Shown here: piece by piece, positions 9,722 through 18,106 of the stretch | Layout of the letters: each line of letters opens with the position of its first letter | How positions within the stretch are numbered: position 1 is the stretch's first letter | Assembly: GCA_044868695.1 (NCBI GenBank) | Contig: JBIOWP010000027.1 | Coordinates: 1-40,624, forward strand | DNA: 40,624 nt | Direction of reading: 5' to 3' | From: a bacterium | Lineage (GTDB): Bacteria > Sysuimicrobiota > Sysuimicrobiia > Sysuimicrobiales > Kaftiobacteriaceae | Notes under the pieces: generated by a model | Databases searched by the model: none | Told to the model about the DNA's origin: nothing | The model's input: only the letters and a program-made list of their open reading frames with translations | Made by a program: the position numbers and the translations under genes

Positions 9722-10021
9722 CTACTTGGGCTGCATTCGGAGGACGACGTCGCCCCGCTCGATCCGTTGACCGGCTCTGACCAGGACCTCGCGGACCACG
9801 CCGTCACGGGGCGCGCGGGCGGCCACGCCGACGGCACCGGTCAGGTCCGTCCGCACGTACACCAGCGGCTGAGCATCCTCCACCTGGTCGCCGGGCCGGG
9901 TGAGCCGGTCCTCCAAGACGACGCCGGCGAGGCTGCTCTTGACCTCCAGCAGGTCCGGCGGCGCGGCCCACGCCGCCGCACCGCCGGTCAGGATAGCGAT
10001 GAGGAATGCGACTGTCCGCAT
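9722..10021 (-). CDS. Secreted biotin/lipoyl-attachment-fold protein lacking the acceptor lysine
   Basis: Signal peptide ending AWA; barrel-sandwich hybrid pattern (PGDQVEDAQPLV..RAPRDGVVREVLVRAGQRIERGDVV); turn reads RTDL rather than ETDK/EAMK; GGAG RBS. Confidence 0.75.
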   Translation of the reverse strand: MRTVAFLIAILTGGAAAWAAPPDLLEVKSSLAGVVLEDRLTRPGDQVEDAQPLVYVRTDLTGAVGVAARAPRDGVVREVLVRAGQRIERGDVVLRMQPK

Positions 10022-10041
10022 GGGCGTCTCTCCCTCCCTTC

Positions 10042-11238
10042 TTACCCCGCAAACTCCTCCGGCAGATCGGTGCTGCGCCTAAAGTACCAACGCAGGACCT
10101 GCACGATTCGTTCGGCGGCACGGCCGTCCCCAAACGGGTTGTGCGAGTGGGCCATCGCCTGATAGGCGCCGGGGTCGGTGAGCAGCCGTGCGGCCTCGTG
10201 CACAATCCGCGGTCGGTCGGTCCCCACGAGCCGCATCGTCCCGGCGTCGAGCCCCTCGGGCCGTTCGGTGACCCGGCGCAGCACCAGCACCGGCCGCCCC
10301 AGCGCCGTCGCCTCCTCCTGAATCCCCCCCGAATCCGTGAGGATGAGGTAGGCCTGCTGCATCAACTGCACCCACGGACCGTACTCTGGCGGCTCGATGA
10401 GGCGCGCCCGCGCGTGCTCGTGCAGCACTTCGTGGACGGCGCGGCGGACGGCGGGGTTGGGATGCACCGAGAAGACCAGCTCGACGTCTGGGAACCGGTC
10501 GAGGAGATCCCGCAGCGCCAGGTAGACATCCCGCAGGGGCTCCCCCCAGTTCTCCCGGCGGTGGGTGGTGACCAGCAGCAGCCGCCGGCCGGCCAACGGC
10601 GGCACCCCAGGCACCGGCGGGAGATCGGGCCGGCGGCGCACTGCCTGCAGGGCATCGATCACGGTGTTGCCGGTGACGACGACCGATCGCTCCGGAATGC
10701 CCTCGCTCAACAGGTTCCGCTTCGCCCGGGGAGTCGGCGCGAAGTGCAGATCGGCCAGGACCGAGGTCATGCGACGGTTCAGCTCCTCCGGAAACGGCTG
10801 GTACTTGTCATGGGTCCGCAGGCCGGCTTCGACATGCCCGATGGGAATCCGATGATAGTAGGCGGCGAGGGCGCCGATGAAGGTGGTGTGGGCATCGCCC
10901 TGGACCAGCACCATCTCGGGCCGGCGCTCCTCCAGGACGCGGTACAGTCCGGCCAGCGAGCGGGTGGCGATGTCTGCGAGGGACTGCTCGGGCAGCATGA
11001 TATTCAGATCAACGTCGACCGTGATGCCGAACAGCCGGGTCACCTGGTCGAGCATCTCCCGGTGCTGGCCGGTTGCGACGACGACGGGAACGAAGTCGGG
11101 GGTGTCGAGCAGACGCTGCACCACCGGCGCCATCTTCAGCGCCTCCGGTCGTGTGCCGAAAATCGTCATCACTGGGACGCGTCCCGCGGATACGGGCGCG
11201 CGGGCAACGAGGGGCTGCGGCTCGATCAGGGTCGCCAT
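10042..11238 (-). CDS. wecB: UDP-N-acetylglucosamine 2-epimerase (non-hydrolysing)
   Basis: FGTRPEALK, TGQHREML, HVEAGLRT, PFPEELNR, TDSGGIQEEA, NPFGDG motifs. Confidence 0.96.
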   Translation of the reverse strand: MATLIEPQPLVARAPVSAGRVPVMTIFGTRPEALKMAPVVQRLLDTPDFVPVVVATGQHREMLDQVTRLFGITVDVDLNIMLPEQSLADIATRSLAGLYRVLEERRPEMVLVQGDAHTTFIGALAAYYHRIPIGHVEAGLRTHDKYQPFPEELNRRMTSVLADLHFAPTPRAKRNLLSEGIPERSVVVTGNTVIDALQAVRRRPDLPPVPGVPPLAGRRLLLVTTHRRENWGEPLRDVYLALRDLLDRFPDVELVFSVHPNPAVRRAVHEVLHEHARARLIEPPEYGPWVQLMQQAYLILTDSGGIQEEATALGRPVLVLRRVTERPEGLDAGTMRLVGTDRPRIVHEAARLLTDPGAYQAMAHSHNPFGDGRAAERIVQVLRWYFRRSTDLPEEFAG

Positions 11239-11266
11239 GGTCCCGCCCCCGCCGGATCCGGCGCGT

Positions 11267-12394
11267 TCAATGCGATTTGGCGGGATCGGCCAGTTCCGGA
11301 GCGCGGGCCTTCTGCAGGCGGAGGAGACCGAGACGCCAGGCCAGCATCCCGAGCAGGACGATGATCGCCGCCAAGAGGATCAGCGACGGCGTCCGGCTGA
11401 TCCCGGCCACCGCCAGGGCGCCGAAGCCGAACGTCGCGGACAGCAGCCACAGGAGGAAGACGACCTGCCGCTGGGACAGGCCACGGTCGAGCAGGCGGTG
11501 GTGCAGGTGCCCGCGGTCGGGATCGAAGATCGACACGCCGTTGCGGTACCGCCGGACGATCGCGTAGCTCGTGTCCAGGATTGGGACGGCCAGCGCCAGC
11601 ACGGGCACCGCGAGGCTAAGCGCGGTGGCGGTTTTGACCAGCCCCTGCACGGCGGCGGCGCCGAGCAAGAAACCGAGCAGCATCGAGCCGGAATCTCCGA
11701 GGAACAAGCGGGCGGGGTAGAAGTTGTGGCGCAGGAACCCCAGGGCCGACCCGGTGATGGCCGCCGCCAGTGTCATCGTCACGACGTCGTGTCGATGGGC
11801 GGCGCCGCTGAGCAGTGTGAGGCCCGTGATGGCCGACACCCCCGCGGCCAGGCCATCCACCCCATCTATGGAGTTCATCGCGATGGCCATCGATCCCAGC
11901 CACACGATGGTGAAGAGTTTTCCGGCCATGCCCAGAGGCACGGTGGCGCCGGTGACGGGGTGCGTCACGAACGCCGTCGTCATGCCAAACCACACCGGCA
12001 GGCTGGCCGCGGCGTAGATGAGCGGGAACTTGACGCGGCCCGGCAGCGGCCTGATGTCATCCGCGGCCCCCAGCGCCGTGATGGCCGTCGCCCCCAGGAG
12101 AACGCCGATCAGCGGGAGCGCCACCGGCCGGTATGGGACTGCCAGGACCAGGTAGCGCGGCTCACGCACCAGCGCCACCGGCTGGTCCACCGGGAGCATC
12201 GCCAGCAAGGCCAGCAGGGCGCCCCCGAAGATGGCCAGCCCTCCCAGGCGGGGCACCGGGCGGCTGTGGATGTGCCGGCCGCCGGGCGGCGTGACCGCAC
12301 CCAGACGCCGCGCCACCCAGCCCATCTCATATGCGATCGCGTATGTGCAAAGCAGCGCGAGGACGCCGGCGATGACATAGGGAGGGATGTGCAT
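11267..12394 (-). CDS. Undecaprenyl-phosphate GlcNAc-1-phosphate transferase (WecA/TagO, MraY family)
   Basis: Polytopic membrane protein; PRLGGLAI, GAADD, NSIDGVDGLA, FLGDSGS, DRGHLHHRL motifs. TAGAAT 6 nt before the ATG suggests a leaderless mRNA. Confidence 0.92.
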   Translation of the reverse strand: MHIPPYVIAGVLALLCTYAIAYEMGWVARRLGAVTPPGGRHIHSRPVPRLGGLAIFGGALLALLAMLPVDQPVALVREPRYLVLAVPYRPVALPLIGVLLGATAITALGAADDIRPLPGRVKFPLIYAAASLPVWFGMTTAFVTHPVTGATVPLGMAGKLFTIVWLGSMAIAMNSIDGVDGLAAGVSAITGLTLLSGAAHRHDVVTMTLAAAITGSALGFLRHNFYPARLFLGDSGSMLLGFLLGAAAVQGLVKTATALSLAVPVLALAVPILDTSYAIVRRYRNGVSIFDPDRGHLHHRLLDRGLSQRQVVFLLWLLSATFGFGALAVAGISRTPSLILLAAIIVLLGMLAWRLGLLRLQKARAPELADPAKSH

Positions 12395-12431
12395 GGTCCT
12401 ATTCTACGCGCCTGCCCGACGGCGCGACAGC

Positions 12432-13427
12432 TTAGTCAAAGAGTTGGCTCACCGACCTGTCCTCATGGATGCGGCGGATGGCCTCCGCCAGCAGCGGGGC
12501 TACCGACAGGACGCTGAACTTGTCGGTGATCTTCTCCGGCGTCAAGGGAATCGTGTTGGTGACGACCAGCTCCTGGATGGGGCTGCCGGTGATCCGCTGG
12601 ACGGCCGGACCCGACAACAAGGCGTGTGTCGCGCAGGCGTAGACGGCCGTCACGCCCCGCTTGAGCAGCGCCTGGGCGCCCACCGTCAGCGTGCCGGCGG
12701 TGTCGACGATGTCGTCGACGATGATAGCCGTCTTGCGGTGCACCTTGCCGATGACGTGGACGACCTCCTTCACTTGATTCGGGCGGTCGCGCCGCTTGTC
12801 GATGATGGCGATCGGTGCCCCGAGCTGCTTGGCGAACTCCCGTGCCCGCGGCACGCCGCCCACATCGGGCGAGACCACCACAAGATTCTCCAGACCCTTG
12901 CGGGCGATGTAGTCGCCCAGGATCATCCGCGCCGGCAGATGGTCGAGCGGGATGTCGAAAAATCCCCAGATCTGCCCCGCGTGCAGGTCCACGGTCAGGA
13001 TGCGCTGGCAGCCGGCCGAGGTGAGAAGGTTCGCCACCAGTTTGGCGGAGATCGGTTCCCTCGGCCGCATCTTTCGGTCCTGGCGCGCGTAGCCGAAGTA
13101 GGGAATGACGGCGGTGATGCGATCGGCGGATGCCCGGCGCAGCGCGTCGGTGATCACCAGCAGTTCCATCAGGCGTTCGTTCACCGGCGGACTGGTCGGC
13201 TGGATGACGAACACGTCCTCGCCGCGGACGCTCTCCTCGATCCGCACGCCGATCTCGCCGTCGGCGAAGCGAAACGTGCTCATCTCGGCCAGGGGCACGT
13301 CCAGGGTGGCCGCGATCTCCTGGGCCAGCGCCGGGTTGCCGCCGCCGGTAAACAGCTTCAGGCGGCGCCCGCCGGCCGCGGACGTGCGGGCGGCGGATTC
13401 CTCAACGTTGAGGATTTGCCGTGACAT
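12432..13427 (-). CDS. prs: Ribose-phosphate pyrophosphokinase
   Basis: FADGEI, PYFGYARQDRK, DLHAGQI, VDDIVDTAGT motifs; follows glmU with a 26-bp overlap. Confidence 0.97.
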   Translation of the reverse strand: MSRQILNVEESAARTSAAGGRRLKLFTGGGNPALAQEIAATLDVPLAEMSTFRFADGEIGVRIEESVRGEDVFVIQPTSPPVNERLMELLVITDALRRASADRITAVIPYFGYARQDRKMRPREPISAKLVANLLTSAGCQRILTVDLHAGQIWGFFDIPLDHLPARMILGDYIARKGLENLVVVSPDVGGVPRAREFAKQLGAPIAIIDKRRDRPNQVKEVVHVIGKVHRKTAIIVDDIVDTAGTLTVGAQALLKRGVTAVYACATHALLSGPAVQRITGSPIQELVVTNTIPLTPEKITDKFSVLSVAPLLAEAIRRIHEDRSVSQLFD

Positions 13428-14763
13428 AGCGAATCACCCGGGCCGGGACACCCACTGCCACTCCGCCAGGAGGCACGTCTTTGTTGACCACGGACCCGGC
13501 GCCGGTGACGGCGCCCTTGCCGACGCGGAGAGGCGCGATCAGCATGGTATCGCTCCCGATGAATGCGTCATCCTCGATGACCGTGTGGTGCTTGCGCTTG
13601 CCGTCGTAGTTGCAGACGACCGTCCCGGCCCCGATGTTGACCCGGGCGCCCACGGTGACGTCCCCCAGGTAGCTCATGTGGTGGACTTTCGCGTGGTCCC
13701 CGACCGTGGCGTTCTTCAGTTCGGCGAAATTACCGATCTCAACCGACCGCCCGACCCGCGTTCTGGGCCGCAGGTGACTGTACGGACCAACCGTCGACCC
13801 CTCCCCAATCGCACTCTGTTCCACGCTCGAGGCCACGACGGTGACTGCGTCCTCCACCGTCGCATCGACCAGCCGGGCCTGCGGGCCGATCGTGCAGCGG
13901 GCCCCCACGACCGTTGTCCCCTCCAGAAAGGTCTGCGGCTGGATGATGGTTTCGCGCCCCACTCGGACCCCGGCGTGGACGTACGTGGAGGCCGGATCGA
14001 TGATGGTCACCCCCGCGTCCATCAACCCGTCCAGGATGCGAACCCGCATCGCCGACTCGACCGCGGCGAGCTCTTGTCGGGAGTTCACGCCCATCGTCTC
14101 CTCCGCCCCAGCGACGAGCGCGCCGACCTTCTCTCCCCGCGCCAGCAGCCAGCCGACCGTATCCGTGAGATAGTACTCGCCCTGGGCGTTGTCGGGCGTC
14201 AGGGCGCGCAACGCCTCCCGCAGCGCAGGCTGGCTAAACACGTACGTACCGGCGTTGATCTCCCGGACCCTACGATCCTCGTCGGTGCAGTCCGCCTCCT
14301 CGACGATCTTGATCACGCGGCGATCCGGGTCCCGGATGACTCGGCCGTAGCCGGTGGGATCGGGCACCTCCGCGCTCAAGAGCGCCGCGGCGGTCCCGGA
14401 GGTCTGGTGGAGGGTGACGAGGGCCCGGATGATGTCCGGCCGCAGGAGAGGCGTGTCCCCATACAGCACAAGCACGGGATGGCCATCGTCGGGAAGGTGA
14501 GGGAGCGCCTGCAGGGCGGCGTGCCCGGTGCCACGCTGCTCCCCCTGCTCAACGTAGCGGGCCTGTGGGCCCACGGCGTCGCGCACGAGACCGCCGCCGT
14601 GCCCGACCACGAGGACCGGCGTGGCGATCCCGGCCTGGTGGAGCGCATCGAGCACGAACTGAATGAGGGGCTGGCCGCACACGCGGTGCAGAACTTTGGG
14701 AAGGTCGGACTGCATCCGCTTGCCCTTCCCCGCCGCCAGCACCACGGCGTGCACGTGTTCCAT
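13402..14763 (-). CDS. glmU: Bifunctional UDP-GlcNAc pyrophosphorylase / glucosamine-1-phosphate acetyltransferase
   Basis: LAAGKGKRM..PKVLH, GTGHA, YGDTPL, EINAG, EYYLTD, hexapeptide repeats, NYDG. Confidence 0.97.
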   Translation of the reverse strand: MEHVHAVVLAAGKGKRMQSDLPKVLHRVCGQPLIQFVLDALHQAGIATPVLVVGHGGGLVRDAVGPQARYVEQGEQRGTGHAALQALPHLPDDGHPVLVLYGDTPLLRPDIIRALVTLHQTSGTAAALLSAEVPDPTGYGRVIRDPDRRVIKIVEEADCTDEDRRVREINAGTYVFSQPALREALRALTPDNAQGEYYLTDTVGWLLARGEKVGALVAGAEETMGVNSRQELAAVESAMRVRILDGLMDAGVTIIDPASTYVHAGVRVGRETIIQPQTFLEGTTVVGARCTIGPQARLVDATVEDAVTVVASSVEQSAIGEGSTVGPYSHLRPRTRVGRSVEIGNFAELKNATVGDHAKVHHMSYLGDVTVGARVNIGAGTVVCNYDGKRKHHTVIEDDAFIGSDTMLIAPLRVGKGAVTGAGSVVNKDVPPGGVAVGVPARVIRYVTANPQR

Positions 14764-14790
14764 TCACCCCTCCGGAGATGCCTACTTCCG

Positions 14791-14819
14791 TATTCCGTGG
14801 CTGGGAAAGCGAATCCTGC
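14791..14819 (-). promoter_or_regulatory. SigmaH-like promoter upstream of glmU
   Basis: Minus strand GCAGGATTC-N12-ACGGAATA, a close match to RNAGGAWWW-N11/12-RNNGAATWW. Confidence 0.6.
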
Positions 14820-14838
14820 GGTAGGCGCATGAGTCGAG

Positions 14839-14912
14839 TGGCTGCGGGGCCAGGACTCGAACCTGGATACCCAGCTCCAAAGGCTGGTGGCTTGCCATTA
14901 GCCGACCCCGCA
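14839..14912 (-). tRNA. tRNA-Gln (anticodon TTG), CCA encoded
   Basis: Acceptor stem TGCGGGG/CCCCGCA; anticodon arm CCAGC-CTTTGGA-GCTGG; T arm CCAGG-TTCGAGT-CCTGG; 3' GCCA; extended -10 TGaTATACT upstream. Confidence 0.97.
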
Positions 14913-14969
14913 CCGGCAGGGCACCGCCGGAGAAAGTATATCACGCTAGCCCGCGGCATCCGGTGAGAG

Positions 14970-15356
14970 CTACTGCAGGGCAATCACGTCGATCTCAATC
15001 AGGGCATCACGCGGCAACTTCGCCACCTGCACCGTCGTGCGGGCCGGCGGCAGTTCCTTGAAGTAGCTCCCATACTCCTCGTTCATCGGCCCGAAGTCGT
15101 TCATGTCCTTGAGGAACACCGAGCACTTCACCACCCGGTCGAGCGACGACCCCGCGGCTTCCAGGACAGCCTTGACGCTGTCCATCACCCGCCGGGTCTG
15201 GGTCTTGATGTCCTGCCCGACCATCTGCCCGGTTCGCGGATCCAGCGCGATCTGACCGGAGAGAAACACGAACCCGTTGGCCTTGATCGCCTGCGAGTAC
15301 GGACCGATCGCCGCAGGCGCACGCTCCGACTTCACCAGTTCGCGTGGCACGTGCAT
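14970..15356 (-). CDS. ridA: RidA-family reactive enamine/imine deaminase
   Basis: APAAIGPYSQA, SGQIALDP, PARTTVQVAKLP, IEIDVIA. Start may be the GTG at 15350. Confidence 0.93.
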   Translation of the reverse strand: MHVPRELVKSERAPAAIGPYSQAIKANGFVFLSGQIALDPRTGQMVGQDIKTQTRRVMDSVKAVLEAAGSSLDRVVKCSVFLKDMNDFGPMNEEYGSYFKELPPARTTVQVAKLPRDALIEIDVIALQ

Positions 15357-15458
15357 CACTCCCGATTCCCAACGAGTTTCGCCATCGGCGCAGCGATCCG
15401 GTACGCCTCGGCGTCCGGTGCTCTTCGGCGCGCACGCCGCGTGACTCCTGCGATGCCG

Positions 15459-15863
15459 TCAGGGTGGAGCGGCCGCGCTTTCCACGGCGCGAGGAGGCGT
15501 CAGCAGCGGTTCAATCTGGCGGGTCACCTCCAGTTCAATCGACGTCAGCCGGCGGACATCGGCATCCCCGAGAAATCCCGCCCGCCGGGCGAAGTGGATG
15601 TAGTAGCTCAGCTCGCCCAGGGCGATCGAAGCGCCCAGCAGCGTCCGGCGTGCCTGCCAGCGCCCTCCGCGCCGGGCGGCCGTGATCCCGGCCGCCACCG
15701 CCACAGCCGCCGCCCGCATGCGCTGGACGAGGCCGGGATCAGCCTGCATGAACTTCCAGGTCAGCCGGTAGACGAGGTGGGCCAGATCATCGGCCCGCTG
15801 CCAGGCGGCGAGGTCGCGGTGGGGCGGCGCGGCGAGTGCCACGCCCTCATTGTCGCCGATCAC
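15459..15863 (-). CDS. Four-helix-bundle protein (23S rRNA IVP/bAvd-like), divergent
   Basis: HRDLAAWQRA..LVYRLT..F..GLVQRMRAAAVAV..ALGEL...GFL pattern; the usual NIAEG motif reads GITAA. Start uncertain. Confidence 0.7.
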   Translation of the reverse strand: MIGDNEGVALAAPPHRDLAAWQRADDLAHLVYRLTWKFMQADPGLVQRMRAAAVAVAAGITAARRGGRWQARRTLLGASIALGELSYYIHFARRAGFLGDADVRRLTSIELEVTRQIEPLLTPPRAVESAAAPP

Positions 15864-15944
15864 CCGCAGCCGTGTCTGCGCAACGGCGCCAGCAGGGGCA
15901 ATGGCCGCGGTGAGAGGAGCGCCGCGGCGGGCGAGTGGAACGGC

Positions 15945-16850
15945 TCAGGCCGTCGCCGCCTGCGGCTGAATCCGCGCGCGGATGGCGCGCACGGCCTGGG
16001 CCTGTTCGTCGGCATGGTAGGAAGAACGCACCAGGGGCCCGGACTCGACGTACTTGAACCCCATCTCCAGACCGACGCGCCGGAGCGCGCTGAATTCCTC
16101 CGGGGTGTAGTAGCGATCGATGGGATGGTAGTCCGGCCCCGGTCGCAGATACTGGCCGAGCGTCAGCACGTCGCAATCCACTGCGCGCAGGTCGGCCATC
16201 GTCTGGAGGAGTTCGTCCCTCGTCTCCCCCATCCCGAGGATGATCCCGCTCTTGGTAAAGGAGGTGTAGCCCCACTCCTTGCTGCGGCGCAGCAGCTCCA
16301 GGGACCGCCCATAATGTCCGCCGTGGCGGACGACCCTGAACACGCGCGGCACACTCTCGATGTTGTGGCCCAGGATTTCGGGCCCCGCATCCAGCACCGC
16401 CTGCAGCGCGGCGGCATCCCCTTTGAAGTCAGGGATCAACACTTCCACGGTGCACTGGGGAATGTACTCGTGGATGCGGCGGATGGTCGCCGCGAAGATG
16501 CCCGCGCCCCCATCGGCGAGATCATCCCGGTTGACCGAGGTGATCACCGCGTGGCGGAGACCCATCGCCTGGACCGCGCGGGCTACCCGCTCGCTCTCCT
16601 GGTGATCGAGCTCTGTCGGTAGCCCGTGCGTGATCGCGCAGTATGCGCAGTTGCGGGTGCAGAGGTTCCCCAGCACGAGGAACGTCGCCGTGCGCCGCTC
16701 CCAGCAGTCCCCGATATTCGGGCAGCGCGCCTCCTCGCAGACCGTGTGGAGCGCCTGCGTGCGCATGATGCCGACCAGGTCGCCGTAGTTGGGCCCGCCC
16801 GGCAGTTTCGCCCGCAGCCACGGAGGACGGCGCTGGATGGCCTCGTTCAT
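15945..16850 (-). CDS. lipA: Lipoyl synthase
   Basis: CEEARCPNIGDC and CTRNCAYC cluster motifs; C-terminal VRSSY. Confidence 0.97.
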   Translation of the reverse strand: MNEAIQRRPPWLRAKLPGGPNYGDLVGIMRTQALHTVCEEARCPNIGDCWERRTATFLVLGNLCTRNCAYCAITHGLPTELDHQESERVARAVQAMGLRHAVITSVNRDDLADGGAGIFAATIRRIHEYIPQCTVEVLIPDFKGDAAALQAVLDAGPEILGHNIESVPRVFRVVRHGGHYGRSLELLRRSKEWGYTSFTKSGIILGMGETRDELLQTMADLRAVDCDVLTLGQYLRPGPDYHPIDRYYTPEEFSALRRVGLEMGFKYVESGPLVRSSYHADEQAQAVRAIRARIQPQAATA

Positions 16851-16859
16851 GGGTCTCCT

Positions 16860-18089
16860 CTAGAAATCATCCACCGGCGCAGTCCCGCCCGCGGCACCCT
16901 CGAGTTTCTCGCGTATGCGGTGCAGGAACTGGTCGGCCACCGCGCCGTCAAAGATGCGGTGATCAAACGACAACCCCAGGTGCATGATGTCCCGGATGAC
17001 GATCGCGTCGTCCCGCACGACCGGGCGCTTCACGATCATGTCGGTGGCGAGAATCGCCGCCTGCGGCGGCACAATGATCGGCATCGACCAGATCGACCCG
17101 AACACGCCCGGGTTGGTGATGGTGAACGTCCCGCCCTCGACGTCGTCCAGTGTCAGCGTCCCTTCACGGGCCTTCCGGCTCAGCCCCTCCAGCTCCTTCG
17201 CGAGGGAGACCAGGCGCTTCTGGTCGGCCTGCTTGACGACAGCGACGATGAGGCCGTCATCGACCGCGATGCCGATCCCGACGTTGACCGCGCCGCGCTG
17301 AATGACGCCGGCGTCGCTCCACGCCGAATTGACGATCGGGAACGCCCGCAGGGCGTCCACCGCCGCGCGCACGAAGAATGCCGTGTAGGTGATGTTTACG
17401 CCTTCCCTCGCGCGCCACTCGTCCTTGTGCGCCGTGCGCCACTGCACCAGCGCCGTCATGTCGACTTCGATGACGCCGTAGGCGTGCGGGATCTCGCGCT
17501 TGGACTGCGCCATGCGCTGCGCAATCGACCGCCGCAGCGGGGTGAGCTTGTGGAGCTGATCGCCGGGATGGAGACTCGGGCCCGGAGGTGTGGGTCCGGC
17601 CCCTGGCGCGGAGCGCGCCCGCCGGGTCTCAACATACTTGACGACGTCTTCCTTCGTCACGCGACCGCCCGCTCCACTGCCCTGGAGCCGCGCGACCTCG
17701 TCAAGCGCCAGCCCGTGCTCCTCGGCGAGCCTGCGGACGACGGGAGACAACCGGAGGCGGTCCTCGGGGATCGCGGCACGCTCGTGAGCCACGGCCACAG
17801 CGGGACCGGCCTGCGCGCGCTCACCGGGTGCGTCCGCCGGAGCCGGCGCGTCCGAGGTCTCCATCAGCGCGATGGGAGTACCGACGGGCACCGTCTGGCC
17901 TTCAGCTACGAGCACTGTGGATAGCACACCCCCGAACGGTGCGGGCATCTCGACGTTCACTTTGTCGGTCATGATCTCGACGAGCGGCTCGAACCGTTCG
18001 ATCTTGTCACCCGGCTGCTTAAGCCACTTGCCGATCGTCCCTTCGAAGGTGCTCTCACCCAGCTGCGGGAGCTTCACTTCAACGGGCAT
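16860..18089 (-). CDS. 2-oxoacid dehydrogenase E2 (dihydrolipoamide acyltransferase; branched-chain type likely)
   Basis: One lipoyl domain (MTDKV), E3-binding domain (GSGAGGRVTKED), catalytic DHRIFDG. Confidence 0.93.
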   Translation of the reverse strand: MPVEVKLPQLGESTFEGTIGKWLKQPGDKIERFEPLVEIMTDKVNVEMPAPFGGVLSTVLVAEGQTVPVGTPIALMETSDAPAPADAPGERAQAGPAVAVAHERAAIPEDRLRLSPVVRRLAEEHGLALDEVARLQGSGAGGRVTKEDVVKYVETRRARSAPGAGPTPPGPSLHPGDQLHKLTPLRRSIAQRMAQSKREIPHAYGVIEVDMTALVQWRTAHKDEWRAREGVNITYTAFFVRAAVDALRAFPIVNSAWSDAGVIQRGAVNVGIGIAVDDGLIVAVVKQADQKRLVSLAKELEGLSRKAREGTLTLDDVEGGTFTITNPGVFGSIWSMPIIVPPQAAILATDMIVKRPVVRDDAIVIRDIMHLGLSFDHRIFDGAVADQFLHRIREKLEGAAGGTAPVDDF

Positions 18090-18106
18090 CTGACCTCTCC
18101 CGGGGG

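Noticed and set aside
14839..14912. tRNA as an integration site for a genomic island
   Set aside because: No integrase and no duplicated tRNA 3' end seen; flanks are housekeeping genes.
15459..15863. Diversity-generating retroelement suggested by the Avd-like gene
   Set aside because: No reverse transcriptase and no TR/VR repeat pair in the window.
1163..17924. Long plus-strand ORFs such as 1163-2488, 3739-5340, 8215-9705, 10877-12517, 13105-14832 and 16626-17924
   Set aside because: Antisense shadows of well-supported minus-strand genes in GC-rich DNA; no recognisable motifs.
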